Below are positions 36,437 to 45,520 of a stretch of DNA of 64,000 nt, one piece after another. Location of the stretch: positions 164,092-228,091 of the forward strand of contig CAWCIS010000006.1 in the NCBI GenBank assembly GCA_963795625.1, given 5' to 3'. The DNA comes from an uncultured Solirubrobacterales bacterium (GTDB lineage: Bacteria > Actinomycetota > Thermoleophilia > Solirubrobacterales > 70-9). The stretch's first letter is position 1; each line of letters begins with the position of its first letter. A model generated the notes under the pieces. The model searched no databases. It had not been told where the DNA came from and was given only the letters and a program-made list of their open reading frames with translations. The position numbers were made by a program, and so were the translations under genes.

Positions 36437-38461
36437 CTACTTCCCCCGTTCGCTCGACCCCGAAACCACGGTCGGCACCTCGTCGGAGTGGCAGAGCTCC
36501 TCCGAGAGCCGGGCGATCGCCGCGTCCAGCTCCGGCGCCTCCGGCTCCCAGTCGGCGACCAGGCTGGCGAGGCTGCGCTCGCGCGCGGCCAGCAGCCGCC
36601 CGCGCATCGCCAGCCCGGCGACGGTCAGGGACGCCGGCGCGCCGGCGCTCTCGACCAGGCCGCGACCGTGCAACCGCTCCATCCCTTCGCGCAGCCGACC
36701 GCGATCCGCCTCCTCGCCGACCGCAAGCGCAGCGGCCGGGATCGCTCCCTCCTCGGCCCGCCCCAGCAGCCAGACCTCGGCCGGGGTCAGCTCGACCTCG
36801 GCTTCGGCGATCACGCCCTCGATGAAGCGGCGGGTGCGCTCGCGGCCGACCAGGCGGCTGAGCTCGCGGGTGATCTCGCGCAGCGAGTCGGTGTCCTGGG
36901 GCGCCGCGAAGGCGTCGCCCAGGTCGCGGTCCTCGATCGTTTTGCGCAGGGGCCGCTCCTCCAGCAGCCAGGCGAGCAGGAAGGCGACGCCGACCACCGC
37001 GGCGGCGATCAGGAAGACGGTCGAGATCGAGTCGGTGAAGGAGTGCACGTAGCTGTCGTGCAGGGCCGCCGGCAGCGCCTTCAGCTGCGCCGGGTCGATC
37101 TGGCCGGCGGAGAGCCCGGCCGCCGCGGGCGAGTTCGGCGGCAAGCTGGTGGAGAGCTCGCTCGCCAGCCGGTTGGCGAAGATCGCGCCGAGGATCGCGG
37201 TCCCGAGCGAGCCGCCGATCGAGCGGAACAGGGTCGCCGAGGAGGTGGCGACGCCGAGCTGGGAGTAGGGGACGGCGTTCTGGACCGCCAGCACCAGCAC
37301 CTGCATGACGAAGCCGAGGCCGGCGCCGAGCACGAGCATGAAGAGGCCGGCCTCGAGCGAGCTGGTGCCGGGCTCGAGGCTGGAGAGCAGCAGCAGCCCG
37401 ATCGCGGCGACCGCGGTGCCGATGATCGGGAAGCGCTTGTAGCGGCCGTTGCGGGAGATCAGCTGGCCGGAGCCGATCGAGGCGACCAGCAACCCCGCCA
37501 TCAGCGGCACCAGCTGCAGGCCGGAGGCGGTCGGGCTGAGCCCGCGCACGACCTGCTGGAACAGCGGCAGGTAGGTGAGGGCGCCGAACAGGGCGAAGCC
37601 GACGACGAAGCCGATCGCGCTGGTGACGCGGAAGACCGGGTTGCGGAACAGCTCCGGCGGCAGCACCGGCTCGGCCGCGAGGTGCTCGACCCGGACGAAA
37701 GCGGCCAGCGCCACCACGGAGAGCAGGCCGAGGCCGATCACGGTGGCCGAGTCCCAGGCGTAGGTGGTGCCGCCGAGCGTGGTCAGCAGCACCAGCGAGG
37801 CGAGCGAGACGCCGAGCAGGGCCGTGCCGAGGTAGTCGACCTTGTGCTGCTTGCGCTCGCCGGCGCTCGGCAGCGCCACCGCCAGCACCACCAGCGCCAG
37901 CAGTCCCAGGGGGATGTTGATGTAGAAGATCCAGCGCCAGCTGGCGTGGCTGGTGAAGAAGCCGCCGATCAGCGGCCCGGCGACGCTGGCGACGCCGAAG
38001 ACGGCCCCGAACAGGCCCATGTAGCGGCCGCGTTCGCGCGGCGAGACGACGTCGCCGACGGCGGCCTGGGCGCTGACCATCAGCCCGCCGCCGCCCAGCC
38101 CCTGGATCGCCCGGAAGGCGATCAGCTCGGTCATGCTCTGCGCTTGGCCGCAGAGCGCGGAGCCGATCAGGAAGAGGATCAGCGCTCCCTGCAGCACCAC
38201 CTTGCGCCCGTAAAGGTCGCCGAGCTTGCCGTAGAGCGGGGTGACGATCGTGATCGCCAGCAGGTAGGAGGTGACGACCCAGGAGAGGTGGTTGAGCCCG
38301 CCCAGCTCGCCGACGATCGTCGGCAGGGCGGTCGAGACGATCGTCTGGTCCAGCGCCGCCAGCAGCATCGTCAGCATCAGCGCGCCGATCACGATCAGCA
38401 CGCGCCGTTTCGGCGTCGCCTCCGCGGCCTCCGCGGTGTCGGGTGCGATCGCCTCGGCCAT
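36437..38461 (-). CDS. DHA2 (EmrB/QacA-type) MFS transporter with ~170-aa cytoplasmic C-terminal extension
   Basis: [47 protein letters not shown] 36437..38605 trimmed to [11 protein letters not shown] (ATG at 38461). Confidence 0.88.
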   Translation of the reverse strand: MAEAIAPDTAEAAEATPKRRVLIVIGALMLTMLLAALDQTIVSTALPTIVGELGGLNHLSWVVTSYLLAITIVTPLYGKLGDLYGRKVVLQGALILFLIGSALCGQAQSMTELIAFRAIQGLGGGGLMVSAQAAVGDVVSPRERGRYMGLFGAVFGVASVAGPLIGGFFTSHASWRWIFYINIPLGLLALVVLAVALPSAGERKQHKVDYLGTALLGVSLASLVLLTTLGGTTYAWDSATVIGLGLLSVVALAAFVRVEHLAAEPVLPPELFRNPVFRVTSAIGFVVGFALFGALTYLPLFQQVVRGLSPTASGLQLVPLMAGLLVASIGSGQLISRNGRYKRFPIIGTAVAAIGLLLLSSLEPGTSSLEAGLFMLVLGAGLGFVMQVLVLAVQNAVPYSQLGVATSSATLFRSIGGSLGTAILGAIFANRLASELSTSLPPNSPAAAGLSAGQIDPAQLKALPAALHDSYVHSFTDSISTVFLIAAAVVGVAFLLAWLLEERPLRKTIEDRDLGDAFAAPQDTDSLREITRELSRLVGRERTRRFIEGVIAEAEVELTPAEVWLLGRAEEGAIPAAALAVGEEADRGRLREGMERLHGRGLVESAGAPASLTVAGLAMRGRLLAARERSLASLVADWEPEAPELDAAIARLSEELCHSDEVPTVVSGSSERGK

Positions 38462-38567
38462 GCCGGTCAGGGTAACCCCCTCTTTCGAGATCGCGTCCGA
38501 GCCCGGGCCACGGCCTCTGCCGGTGCGCTCGTTGATCGCGCCGGCCGGGTGCGGGAGCATCCACGGC

Positions 38568-39089
38568 GTGGGCGGTGCCGGAAAGGAGAGCGAGGGGCTG
38601 TGCATCGAGCGCGCCGGCGCCGCGCGCCTCGACGATCTGCGACCGCTCTGGGAATCGCTGAGCCGCCACCACGTCGCCGTCGCCCCCGATCTGCGGGCGC
38701 TGGGCGAGGTGCGCCCGGCCGCGGACTCGTGGGCGGTGCGCCGTGAGCTCTACCTGGAGCTGTTGGCCGAGCCCGGCGCCTTCGTCCAGATCGCCGAGGT
38801 TGCAGGAGCGCCGGTCGGCTATGCGCTGGTCCACATGCGCGGCCCCGAGGAGAGCTGGACGACCGGGCCCGTGGCCGAGCTGGAGACCCTGGCGGTGTTG
38901 CCCGGGCATCGTGGCAACGGCATCGGCACGGCCCTGGTCGAGGCCGTCTACGGCGAGCTGCGGCGGCTCGGCATCGGCCACCTCGGCGTCGGCGTGATCG
39001 CCGCCAACGCGGAGGCGATCCGCTTCTACGAGCGCCTCGGCCTAATGCCCTTCATGGTCGGCTACATCGGCAAAGTGCCAACGTCCTAG
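38568..39089 (+). CDS. GNAT-family N-acetyltransferase
   Basis: ..[33 protein letters not shown]. The start is uncertain (GTG at 38568, or a CTG a few codons later). The 5' part of ORF 38271..39089 is antisense to the MFS gene. Confidence 0.75.
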   Translation: MGGAGKESEGLCIERAGAARLDDLRPLWESLSRHHVAVAPDLRALGEVRPAADSWAVRRELYLELLAEPGAFVQIAEVAGAPVGYALVHMRGPEESWTTGPVAELETLAVLPGHRGNGIGTALVEAVYGELRRLGIGHLGVGVIAANAEAIRFYERLGLMPFMVGYIGKVPTS

Positions 39090-39107
39090 CCCGCCGGCGC
39101 GTCCCCT

Positions 39108-39404
39108 TCAGCGGCTGTGCAGCAGGCGCCCGACCGCGCCCATCATCTCCTCGGTCAGCTCCTCGCGATCGGCGGGGGTGGCGGCGCCGACGACGCAGTG
39201 GCGCGCGTGCTCGCCGAGCAGGGCCAGGGCGACCTTGTCGAGCGCCGCCTGGGCGGCGGAGATCTGGGTGAGGATGTCGATGCAGTAGCGCTCCTCCTCG
39301 ACCATCCGCTCGAGGCCGCCGACCTGGCCCGAGATCCGCCGTAGCCGGTTCTTGATCTTGTCCTTGTCGCCGATGTAGCCGGGGTGCTCCGGGCGCTTCG
39401 CCAT
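39108..39404 (-). CDS. csoR: CsoR/RcnR-family metal-sensing repressor
   Basis: KNRLRRISGQVGGLERMVEEERYCIDILTQISAAQAAL..EHARHC (Cys..His..Cys ligand pattern). Confidence 0.9.
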   Translation of the reverse strand: MAKRPEHPGYIGDKDKIKNRLRRISGQVGGLERMVEEERYCIDILTQISAAQAALDKVALALLGEHARHCVVGAATPADREELTEEMMGAVGRLLHSR

Positions 39405-39442
39405 CTCGCTCCTCCTCGCGGTTGTCCCGGCGATTGTAGCTG

Positions 39443-39460
39443 ATACCCCCCTAGGGTATA
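39443..39460. promoter_or_regulatory. putative CsoR operator (GC-tract inverted repeat)
   Basis: ATACCCCCCTAGGGTATA lies in the csoR-copA divergent intergenic region. It resembles the TACCC-N-GGGTA type operators known for CsoR. Confidence 0.6.
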
Positions 39461-41713
39461 GTGAGTGAGATGAGTCAGACCAGGGAGCAAGAGCGGATCG
39501 AGCTGCCGATCGAGGGCATGACCTGCTCCTCCTGCGCGGGCCGGGTCGAGAAGCGCCTGAACGCGATCGCGGGGGTCGAGGCGACGGTCAACTTCGCCAC
39601 CGAGCGGGCCGCGGTCAGCTTCGATCCGGCCCGGGTCGAGACCCGGGACCTGGTCGCGGCGGTCGGGGAGACCGGCTACGCGGCTTCGCTGCCCACGGGG
39701 CCGGGTGCGGCGAGCGCGGACGACGAGCCCGACTCCAGCGCCGACCTGCGCCGCCGGCTCGTCTTCGCCGCCGCGCTCTCGCTGCCGGTGCTGCTGATGG
39801 CGATGATCGAGCCGCTGCAGTTCGAGTACTGGCAGTGGGTCTCGCTGGCACTGGCGGCGCCGGTCGTGCTCTGGGCGGGTCGGCCCTTCCACCAGGCGGC
39901 CTGGCTGAACCTGCGCCACGGCGCGGTGACGATGGACACGCTGATCTCGCTCGGCACCCTGGCGGCGCTGGGCTGGTCGCTGGTCGCCCTCTGCTTCCTC
40001 GGCGCCGGCGAGCCGGGAATGACGATGCCGTTCGAGCTCGTCACCCCGCGCGACGCCGCCCCCGACCAGATCTACCTCGAGGTCGCCGCCGTCGTCACCA
40101 CCTTCCTCCTTGCCGGCCGCTACTTCGAGGCGCGCGCCAAGCGCCGCGCCGGGGCGGCGCTGGAGGCCCTGCTCGGGCTCGGCGCCAAGGACGTCGCCGT
40201 GCTCGACGCGGCGGGGGAGGAGCGGCGGATCCCCGTCGCCGACCTCGCCGTCGGCGACCGCTTCGTCGTCCGGCCCGGCGAGAAGGTCGCCACCGACGGC
40301 GTCGTCGAGCTCGGCTCCTCCGCCGTCGACCGCTCGCTGCTGACCGGCGAGTCGGTGCCGGTCGAGGTCGGGCCGGGGGACGAGGTGGTCGGCGCCACCG
40401 TCAACGTCGGCGGTCGGCTGGTGGTCCGCGCCGGCCGGGTCGGGGAGGACACCGCCCTGGCCCAGATCGCCCGCCTGGTCAGCGCGGCCCAGACCGGCAA
40501 GGCCCCGGTCGAGCGCCTGGCCGACCGCGTCAGCGCCGTCTTCGTCCCGGCCGTGATCCTCGCCGCGCTGGGCACGCTCGGCTTCTGGCTGCTCGACGGC
40601 GCCGGCGCGACCTTCGCCTTCACCGCCGCGGTATCGGTGCTGATCATCGCCTGCCCCTGCGCGCTCGGGCTGGCGACGCCGACGGCGCTGCTGGTCGGGA
40701 CCGGCCGCGGCGCCCAGCTCGGGCTGCTGATCAAGGGCCCGGAAGCGCTGGAGTCGACGCGGCGGATCGACACCGTCGTGCTCGACAAGACCGGCACGGT
40801 GACGACGGGGGAGATGGCGGTGGTCGCGGTGCACCTGGCGCCGGGGGTCGACGAGGCCGAGGCGCTGCGCCTGGCGGGCGCGGTCGAGGACGCCTCCGAG
40901 CACCCGATCGCGCGGTCGATCGCCGCCCGCGCCAAGGCGGGCGGGACGGTGCTCCCGGCGGTCGCGGAGTTCGTCAACAGCTCCGGCCTGGGAGTGCAGG
41001 GGGTCGTCGACGGGCATGCGGTGATCGTCGGCCGCGTCGCCTTCCTCGAGGACTGGGCGATGCACCTGACCCCGGAGCTGGAGGCGGCACGGAGCGAGGC
41101 CGAAAGCCTGGGCCGGACCGTCGTCGCCGCTGGCTGGGACGGCGAGGCGCGGGCGCTGTTCGTCGTCGCCGACACGGTCAAGGCGACCAGCGCCGAGGCG
41201 GTGCGCCGGTTGCGCCAGCTCGGCCTGCGGCCGCTGCTGCTGACCGGCGACAACGGGGCGACCGCCGCCGCGGTGGCGGCCGCGGTCGGGATCGAGGAGG
41301 TCGTGGCCGAGGTGCTGCCGGCGGAGAAGGCGGCCGAGGTCGAGCGCCTGCAGGCGCGGGGTCGCGTCGTGGCGATGGTCGGCGACGGCGTCAACGACGC
41401 CCCGGCGCTCGCCCAGGCCGACCTCGGCCTGGCGATCGGGACCGGCACCGACGTCGCGATCGAGGCCTCCGACATCACCCTGGTCGCCGGCGACCCCCGC
41501 GCCATCGCCGACGCGATCCGCCTCTCCCGCCGCACCCTGGCGACGATCAAGGGAAACCTCTTCTGGGCCTTCGCCTACAACGTCGCGGCGCTGCCGCTGG
41601 CGGCGGCGGGCCTGCTCAACCCGATCGTCGCCGGCGCGGCGATGGCCCTCTCCAGCATCTTCGTCGTCACCAACTCGCTGCGCCTGCGCGGGTTCACGCC
41701 GCGGCGCGGCTAG
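39461..41713 (+). CDS. copA: copper-translocating P1B-type ATPase
   Basis: HMA domain [43 protein letters not shown]. The start may be the ATG at 39470 rather than the GTG at 39461. Confidence 0.95.
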   Translation: MSEMSQTREQERIELPIEGMTCSSCAGRVEKRLNAIAGVEATVNFATERAAVSFDPARVETRDLVAAVGETGYAASLPTGPGAASADDEPDSSADLRRRLVFAAALSLPVLLMAMIEPLQFEYWQWVSLALAAPVVLWAGRPFHQAAWLNLRHGAVTMDTLISLGTLAALGWSLVALCFLGAGEPGMTMPFELVTPRDAAPDQIYLEVAAVVTTFLLAGRYFEARAKRRAGAALEALLGLGAKDVAVLDAAGEERRIPVADLAVGDRFVVRPGEKVATDGVVELGSSAVDRSLLTGESVPVEVGPGDEVVGATVNVGGRLVVRAGRVGEDTALAQIARLVSAAQTGKAPVERLADRVSAVFVPAVILAALGTLGFWLLDGAGATFAFTAAVSVLIIACPCALGLATPTALLVGTGRGAQLGLLIKGPEALESTRRIDTVVLDKTGTVTTGEMAVVAVHLAPGVDEAEALRLAGAVEDASEHPIARSIAARAKAGGTVLPAVAEFVNSSGLGVQGVVDGHAVIVGRVAFLEDWAMHLTPELEAARSEAESLGRTVVAAGWDGEARALFVVADTVKATSAEAVRRLRQLGLRPLLLTGDNGATAAAVAAAVGIEEVVAEVLPAEKAAEVERLQARGRVVAMVGDGVNDAPALAQADLGLAIGTGTDVAIEASDITLVAGDPRAIADAIRLSRRTLATIKGNLFWAFAYNVAALPLAAAGLLNPIVAGAAMALSSIFVVTNSLRLRGFTPRRG

Positions 41714-41722
41714 AGCAGTCGC

Positions 41723-41770
41723 CACGAGGAGTGCATTCCCCATCTATATGGCGGTGAATGCACTCCTCGT
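41723..41770. terminator. bidirectional hairpin between convergent genes
   Basis: ACGAGGAGTGCATTC ..17 nt.. GAATGCACTCCTCGT is a perfect 15-bp inverted repeat. Confidence 0.6.
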
Positions 41771-41808
41771 CATTTCAGAGCCCGTGCTCGTGCACGCGAC
41801 CACGGAGA

Positions 41809-42900
41809 TCAGCGGGCCGGCAGCGTGAACACCGGCAGCGGCTTGTCGACCGGCTCGCACAGCGCCGCCGGCGCTTCCTCGCGGACCAGCGTGCGGCGCA
41901 GCTGGACGAAGGCGACCGAGCCGAGGATCGCCGGGATCCCGAGCTGGACGACGCGGTAGGCGAGCACGGCGGCGGTCGCCTGTGAGAGCGGGCTGCCGTA
42001 GAGGGTCAGCGCGCCGATCAGGCCGCCGTCGATCCCGCCGATGCCCCCGGGCAGGGGGATCAGCCCGCCGAGCTGCCCGATCACGTAGGCGAAGACGAAG
42101 GCGGCGAAGGGCGGCGTGCTGCCGAAGGCCGCGAAGGCGGCGGCGAGGGCGACGACGTCGAGCGCCATGTAGCCGACCGAGCCGAGCAGGGCGTAGGGCT
42201 GGCGCGCCCGCAGCAGCCCGGCCGCGTCGTGGACGCCGTCGGCGATCGTCACCGCGGCGCGGCGGACGAAGCGCCCGGCCCGGGCTCGCCGTCCCTCGTT
42301 CTCGGTCGCGGCGCCCGGTTCCGGCCCGACCTGGCGCAGGATCCGCGGCAGCACCGCGACCAGCACGATCGCCGCCACCGCCAGCCCGCCCAGCGCCCAG
42401 GTGAGGATCAGCGGCCCGCCACCCGGCAGCACCCCCGTCGCCAGCGCCAAGCCGAAGAAGGCGGCGCAGAGGAAGTTCGGCGCGCTGGTGAGGACGAAGA
42501 AGGCGACGCTGCGCCGGGCGATCCGGTCGGCGCCCATCCCGCCCTGCCGCAGCGCCCAGGCCCCCAGTGCCAGCCCGCCGACGCCGCCGGCCGGGACCAG
42601 CACGTTGGTCCCCTGCTCCGCCATCCCGATCTCGTAGCTGAACCGCCAGCCCAGCCGTGTGCAGAAGACCCCGCGGAAGGCGACTACATAGGAGAGGCAG
42701 GAGGCGACCTCGAGGAAGAACAGCGCGACCAGCCAGACCCCATCCGCATGCGCGAACCGCTCCCGCACCTCGTCCAGCCCCGGCAGCGTGCTTATAAGAA
42801 GTGCCACGACCACCCCGACCAGCACCAGTCCCCCGGCGCGACGGGCGAAGCCGCCGGCGCTCAGTTCGCGCGGGAGCGGTTCCGGCAGAGACGAGGCCAT
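41809..42900 (-). CDS. polytopic membrane protein, UPF0104 / lysyl-PG-synthase-TM-like (flippase-like)
   Basis: 363 aa with ~8 hydrophobic segments. The family call rests on overall pattern only. Confidence 0.6.
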   Translation of the reverse strand: MASSLPEPLPRELSAGGFARRAGGLVLVGVVVALLISTLPGLDEVRERFAHADGVWLVALFFLEVASCLSYVVAFRGVFCTRLGWRFSYEIGMAEQGTNVLVPAGGVGGLALGAWALRQGGMGADRIARRSVAFFVLTSAPNFLCAAFFGLALATGVLPGGGPLILTWALGGLAVAAIVLVAVLPRILRQVGPEPGAATENEGRRARAGRFVRRAAVTIADGVHDAAGLLRARQPYALLGSVGYMALDVVALAAAFAAFGSTPPFAAFVFAYVIGQLGGLIPLPGGIGGIDGGLIGALTLYGSPLSQATAAVLAYRVVQLGIPAILGSVAFVQLRRTLVREEAPAALCEPVDKPLPVFTLPAR

Positions 42901-43028
42901 CGTCAGCGATCTTTGCAGCCCCGCCGGCCCGGCAATGTGCCCCGCCTGCGGGTCGGTATTTTAGGTTAGGTTGCCGCGATCACTCAAAGTCCTTACAGAG
43001 CTCGGCCTCCTGCCGCCCCCTCGCTGAC

Positions 43029-44525
43029 GTGACGCCCGATGCCCCAGAGGTAATCCCGACCACCGGCACCGTGCGGCTCGTACCGGACCCCCGCTCGCTC
43101 GAGGCGCTGGGACGCAACCACACCCTCGAGGCCGCCCTGGCGGAGTTGGTGGACAACTCGATCGACGCCGGGGCCGCGAATGTATCCATCCGCTTCATAC
43201 GTGCCAAGGGGCGATTGGTCAGGCTGCTGGTCGTCGACGACGGCACCGGAATGGACGAGGGGAGTATCGACATCGCGATGACGGTGGGGGGAGACCGCCG
43301 TTACGACGAGGCCGAGATCGGGCGATTCGGCCTCGGCTTGAAGGCGGCTTCGTTCAGTCAGGCGCGAAGCGTCACGGTGGTGTCGGCGGCGCGGGGATGC
43401 GCAGCCACCGGCCGGCGCCTGCAGATCGCACACGCCAAGCGTGACTACCGTTGCGAGATCGTCGACGCCGATTTCGCCACCCGTCAGCTCGCGCGGAACT
43501 GGGGGTTCTCGACCAGATCGACCGGCACCATCGTGCGCTGGGACGATGTCAAGGGCTTTCCGGCTCTGGACGACGAAGAGACGATCGACCGCTTTCTCCA
43601 GGCGGCGATTGCCAGGATTCGAACCCATCTGGGCCTGATCTTCCACAGGATCCTCGAGACTGGCGCGGTCCATCTTTTCCTCGACGTCGAGGATGGGGGA
43701 GAGGCGATTATGCACTCGGAGGTCACCCCCCTCGACCCGTTCGGCTATCCGCGGAGCGGTGCCGCCGGTTGGCCGAAACGACTCGCGGCGAGCGGAGCAA
43801 CCGGAGAGCTGTTGCTGGACTGTCACATCTGGCCGGGGCGCTCGACCATCGACCAGTTTCGGCTCGATGGCAACCTGATCCAGCGCCAGGGGCTCTTCGT
43901 CTACTACAACGGGCGACTCGTACAGTGCGGCGGCTGGAACGGTCTGTGTCACGAGGACAAGCAGCTCAACCTGGCGCGCGTAGCCCTCGACATCGAGGGG
44001 GACGTCGCTCAGATGGTGTCTCTGAAGCCGGAGAAGAACGGTGTCGAGGTCGGCCCCGACTTCGTCTCGGCGATCTACGCCGCGGAGGCAGCCGACGGCA
44101 CCGCCTTCGCTGCCTACATCGAACAGGCGCGCGGGGTTCTCAAGGCCGCTAATCGTCGCCGGCGCGTGCGTCCCGCCGTCATCCCGCCGGGGACCGGGAT
44201 CTCGCCACGGGTTCGCCGCGCGCTTTCGCGCGAGCTGACGTTCAAGGATGAGGATCCGGTCGAGGTTCGCTGGGCGGCCTTCGAAGACGACGATTTCTTC
44301 GAGATCGACCGCGAGCAGGGCGTGCTCTGGTTGAACAGCCGCTATCGCCGAGCCCTCGCCGGTGGGCGCAGCGGGTCGCTCAACGACCTGCCCGTGGTCA
44401 AGGCGCTGATGTTTCTCCTGGTCGAGAACATCTACGCCGGGCAGAACATGGGGCCTCGCGACAAGGACAACGTCGAGATGTGGCAGGCGATTCTGACCGC
44501 CGCCGCCCGGGACGAGCTCGGATGA
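43029..44525 (+). CDS. GHKL (Bergerat-fold, MORC/MutL-like, HATPase_c_3-type) ATPase
   Basis: N-box AELVDNSIDAGA, G1 VVDDGTGM, G2 GRFGLGLK. The start is set at the GTG at 43029 because the longer ORF 42801.. overlaps the opposite-strand gene. Confidence 0.85.
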   Translation: MTPDAPEVIPTTGTVRLVPDPRSLEALGRNHTLEAALAELVDNSIDAGAANVSIRFIRAKGRLVRLLVVDDGTGMDEGSIDIAMTVGGDRRYDEAEIGRFGLGLKAASFSQARSVTVVSAARGCAATGRRLQIAHAKRDYRCEIVDADFATRQLARNWGFSTRSTGTIVRWDDVKGFPALDDEETIDRFLQAAIARIRTHLGLIFHRILETGAVHLFLDVEDGGEAIMHSEVTPLDPFGYPRSGAAGWPKRLAASGATGELLLDCHIWPGRSTIDQFRLDGNLIQRQGLFVYYNGRLVQCGGWNGLCHEDKQLNLARVALDIEGDVAQMVSLKPEKNGVEVGPDFVSAIYAAEAADGTAFAAYIEQARGVLKAANRRRRVRPAVIPPGTGISPRVRRALSRELTFKDEDPVEVRWAAFEDDDFFEIDREQGVLWLNSRYRRALAGGRSGSLNDLPVVKALMFLLVENIYAGQNMGPRDKDNVEMWQAILTAAARDELG

Positions 44526-45520
44526 CCGCAGCCGCCCACGGGGGGCGAATGATGACTCCGGCCGTCCTGATGGAGCACTGGCACAACGGGGTCCCGGTCA
44601 TCGTTCCCCTCACGGGCACGCCGGAGTTGCGCCTATGGATCGATTCCACTCGCCGCCGACTTACCTTGCGGGCGCCGTCCAGCTCAGGCACCCAGCTGCC
44701 GGTCAACACGTTGGCGCACGTCAGCGTCGAGACCGTGATCGAGAACGGCGTCTCCTACGTGGAGATCTCCACCACCGACAAGGATCTCGTCTTCGACGGC
44801 TACGCGATGTTGATGGCTGTCGCCGATCGCATCCAGCTTGGCGGCGCCGAGGCGGTGGCCGCACTGGAGGAGACCCTGGCGACTTGGGGGGCGATCCTCG
44901 CCGCCCGGGCCCGCCTCAGCCCGGGCGCGGAAATCGGCCTCTTCGGCGAGCTGCTGGTCGTGCGCGGCTTGCTGGCCGCAGATGCGGCCGGTATCGGAGC
45001 TTGGCGAGGGGGTTTCGGCGAGGAGCACGACTTCGGATTTGCCGAAGCCGACCTCGAGGTGAAGACCACCAGCGGCGAGCGCCGTCATCACTGGATACAT
45101 GGCCTGGCCCAGCTGCTCGGGACTGACGGCAGCCCGCTCTGGATTCTCTCCCTGCAGATAACCCGCGGCGGCGACGGGCAGGGCCTGAGGCTGCCGGAGC
45201 TCATCGACGAGGTTCTTGCCGCGGTCGATGGACAGGGTCGAGACCGAGTCGAGCAGAATCTCGCAGGCGCCGGTTGGCACGAGGCACAGCGTGACCTCTA
45301 CGTCGAGCGCTGGCGGCCGCGCACGGCCCCCCTGCTGCTCCGAGTCGACGGCCGGTTCCCCCGCCTGACCGCGCCCTTGTTGTCCGCTCTAGCCGTCGAC
45401 ACCGGGTCGCTGCACCGGGTCGACTACGAGATCGACCTGACCGACCGACAGCCATCCCCCGATCCTCCACCCGCCGTGGTGGAAATCCTGACCCAGATGG
45501 AGGCGAACCCCGATGAGTGA
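44522..45520 (+). CDS. PD-(D/E)XK-motif nuclease-like protein
   Basis: ATG at 44522 overlaps the upstream stop (ATGA). GLFGELLVV .. EEHDFGF..ADLEVKTT (E..D..E-x-K). Confidence 0.75.
   Translation: MTAAAHGGRMMTPAVLMEHWHNGVPVIVPLTGTPELRLWIDSTRRRLTLRAPSSSGTQLPVNTLAHVSVETVIENGVSYVEISTTDKDLVFDGYAMLMAVADRIQLGGAEAVAALEETLATWGAILAARARLSPGAEIGLFGELLVVRGLLAADAAGIGAWRGGFGEEHDFGFAEADLEVKTTSGERRHHWIHGLAQLLGTDGSPLWILSLQITRGGDGQGLRLPELIDEVLAAVDGQGRDRVEQNLAGAGWHEAQRDLYVERWRPRTAPLLLRVDGRFPRLTAPLLSALAVDTGSLHRVDYEIDLTDRQPSPDPPPAVVEILTQMEANPDE

Noticed and set aside
36041-38981. Very long ORFs (901 aa on +, 977 aa on -) overlapping the MFS transporter gene
   Set aside because: They have extreme Arg/Gly/Ala/Pro composition, typical of alternative frames in high-GC DNA. 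The 36437..38461 frame has clear MFS motifs.
39155-41757. 862-aa antisense and 640-aa alternative-frame ORFs over copA
   Set aside because: They show the same GC-frame artefact composition. The copA frame carries all P-type ATPase signatures.
42801-43028. Longer N-terminus for the GHKL ATPase
   Set aside because: It overlaps the start of the opposite-strand membrane protein gene and is Arg/Pro-rich. The conserved ATPase N-box follows shortly after the GTG at 43029.
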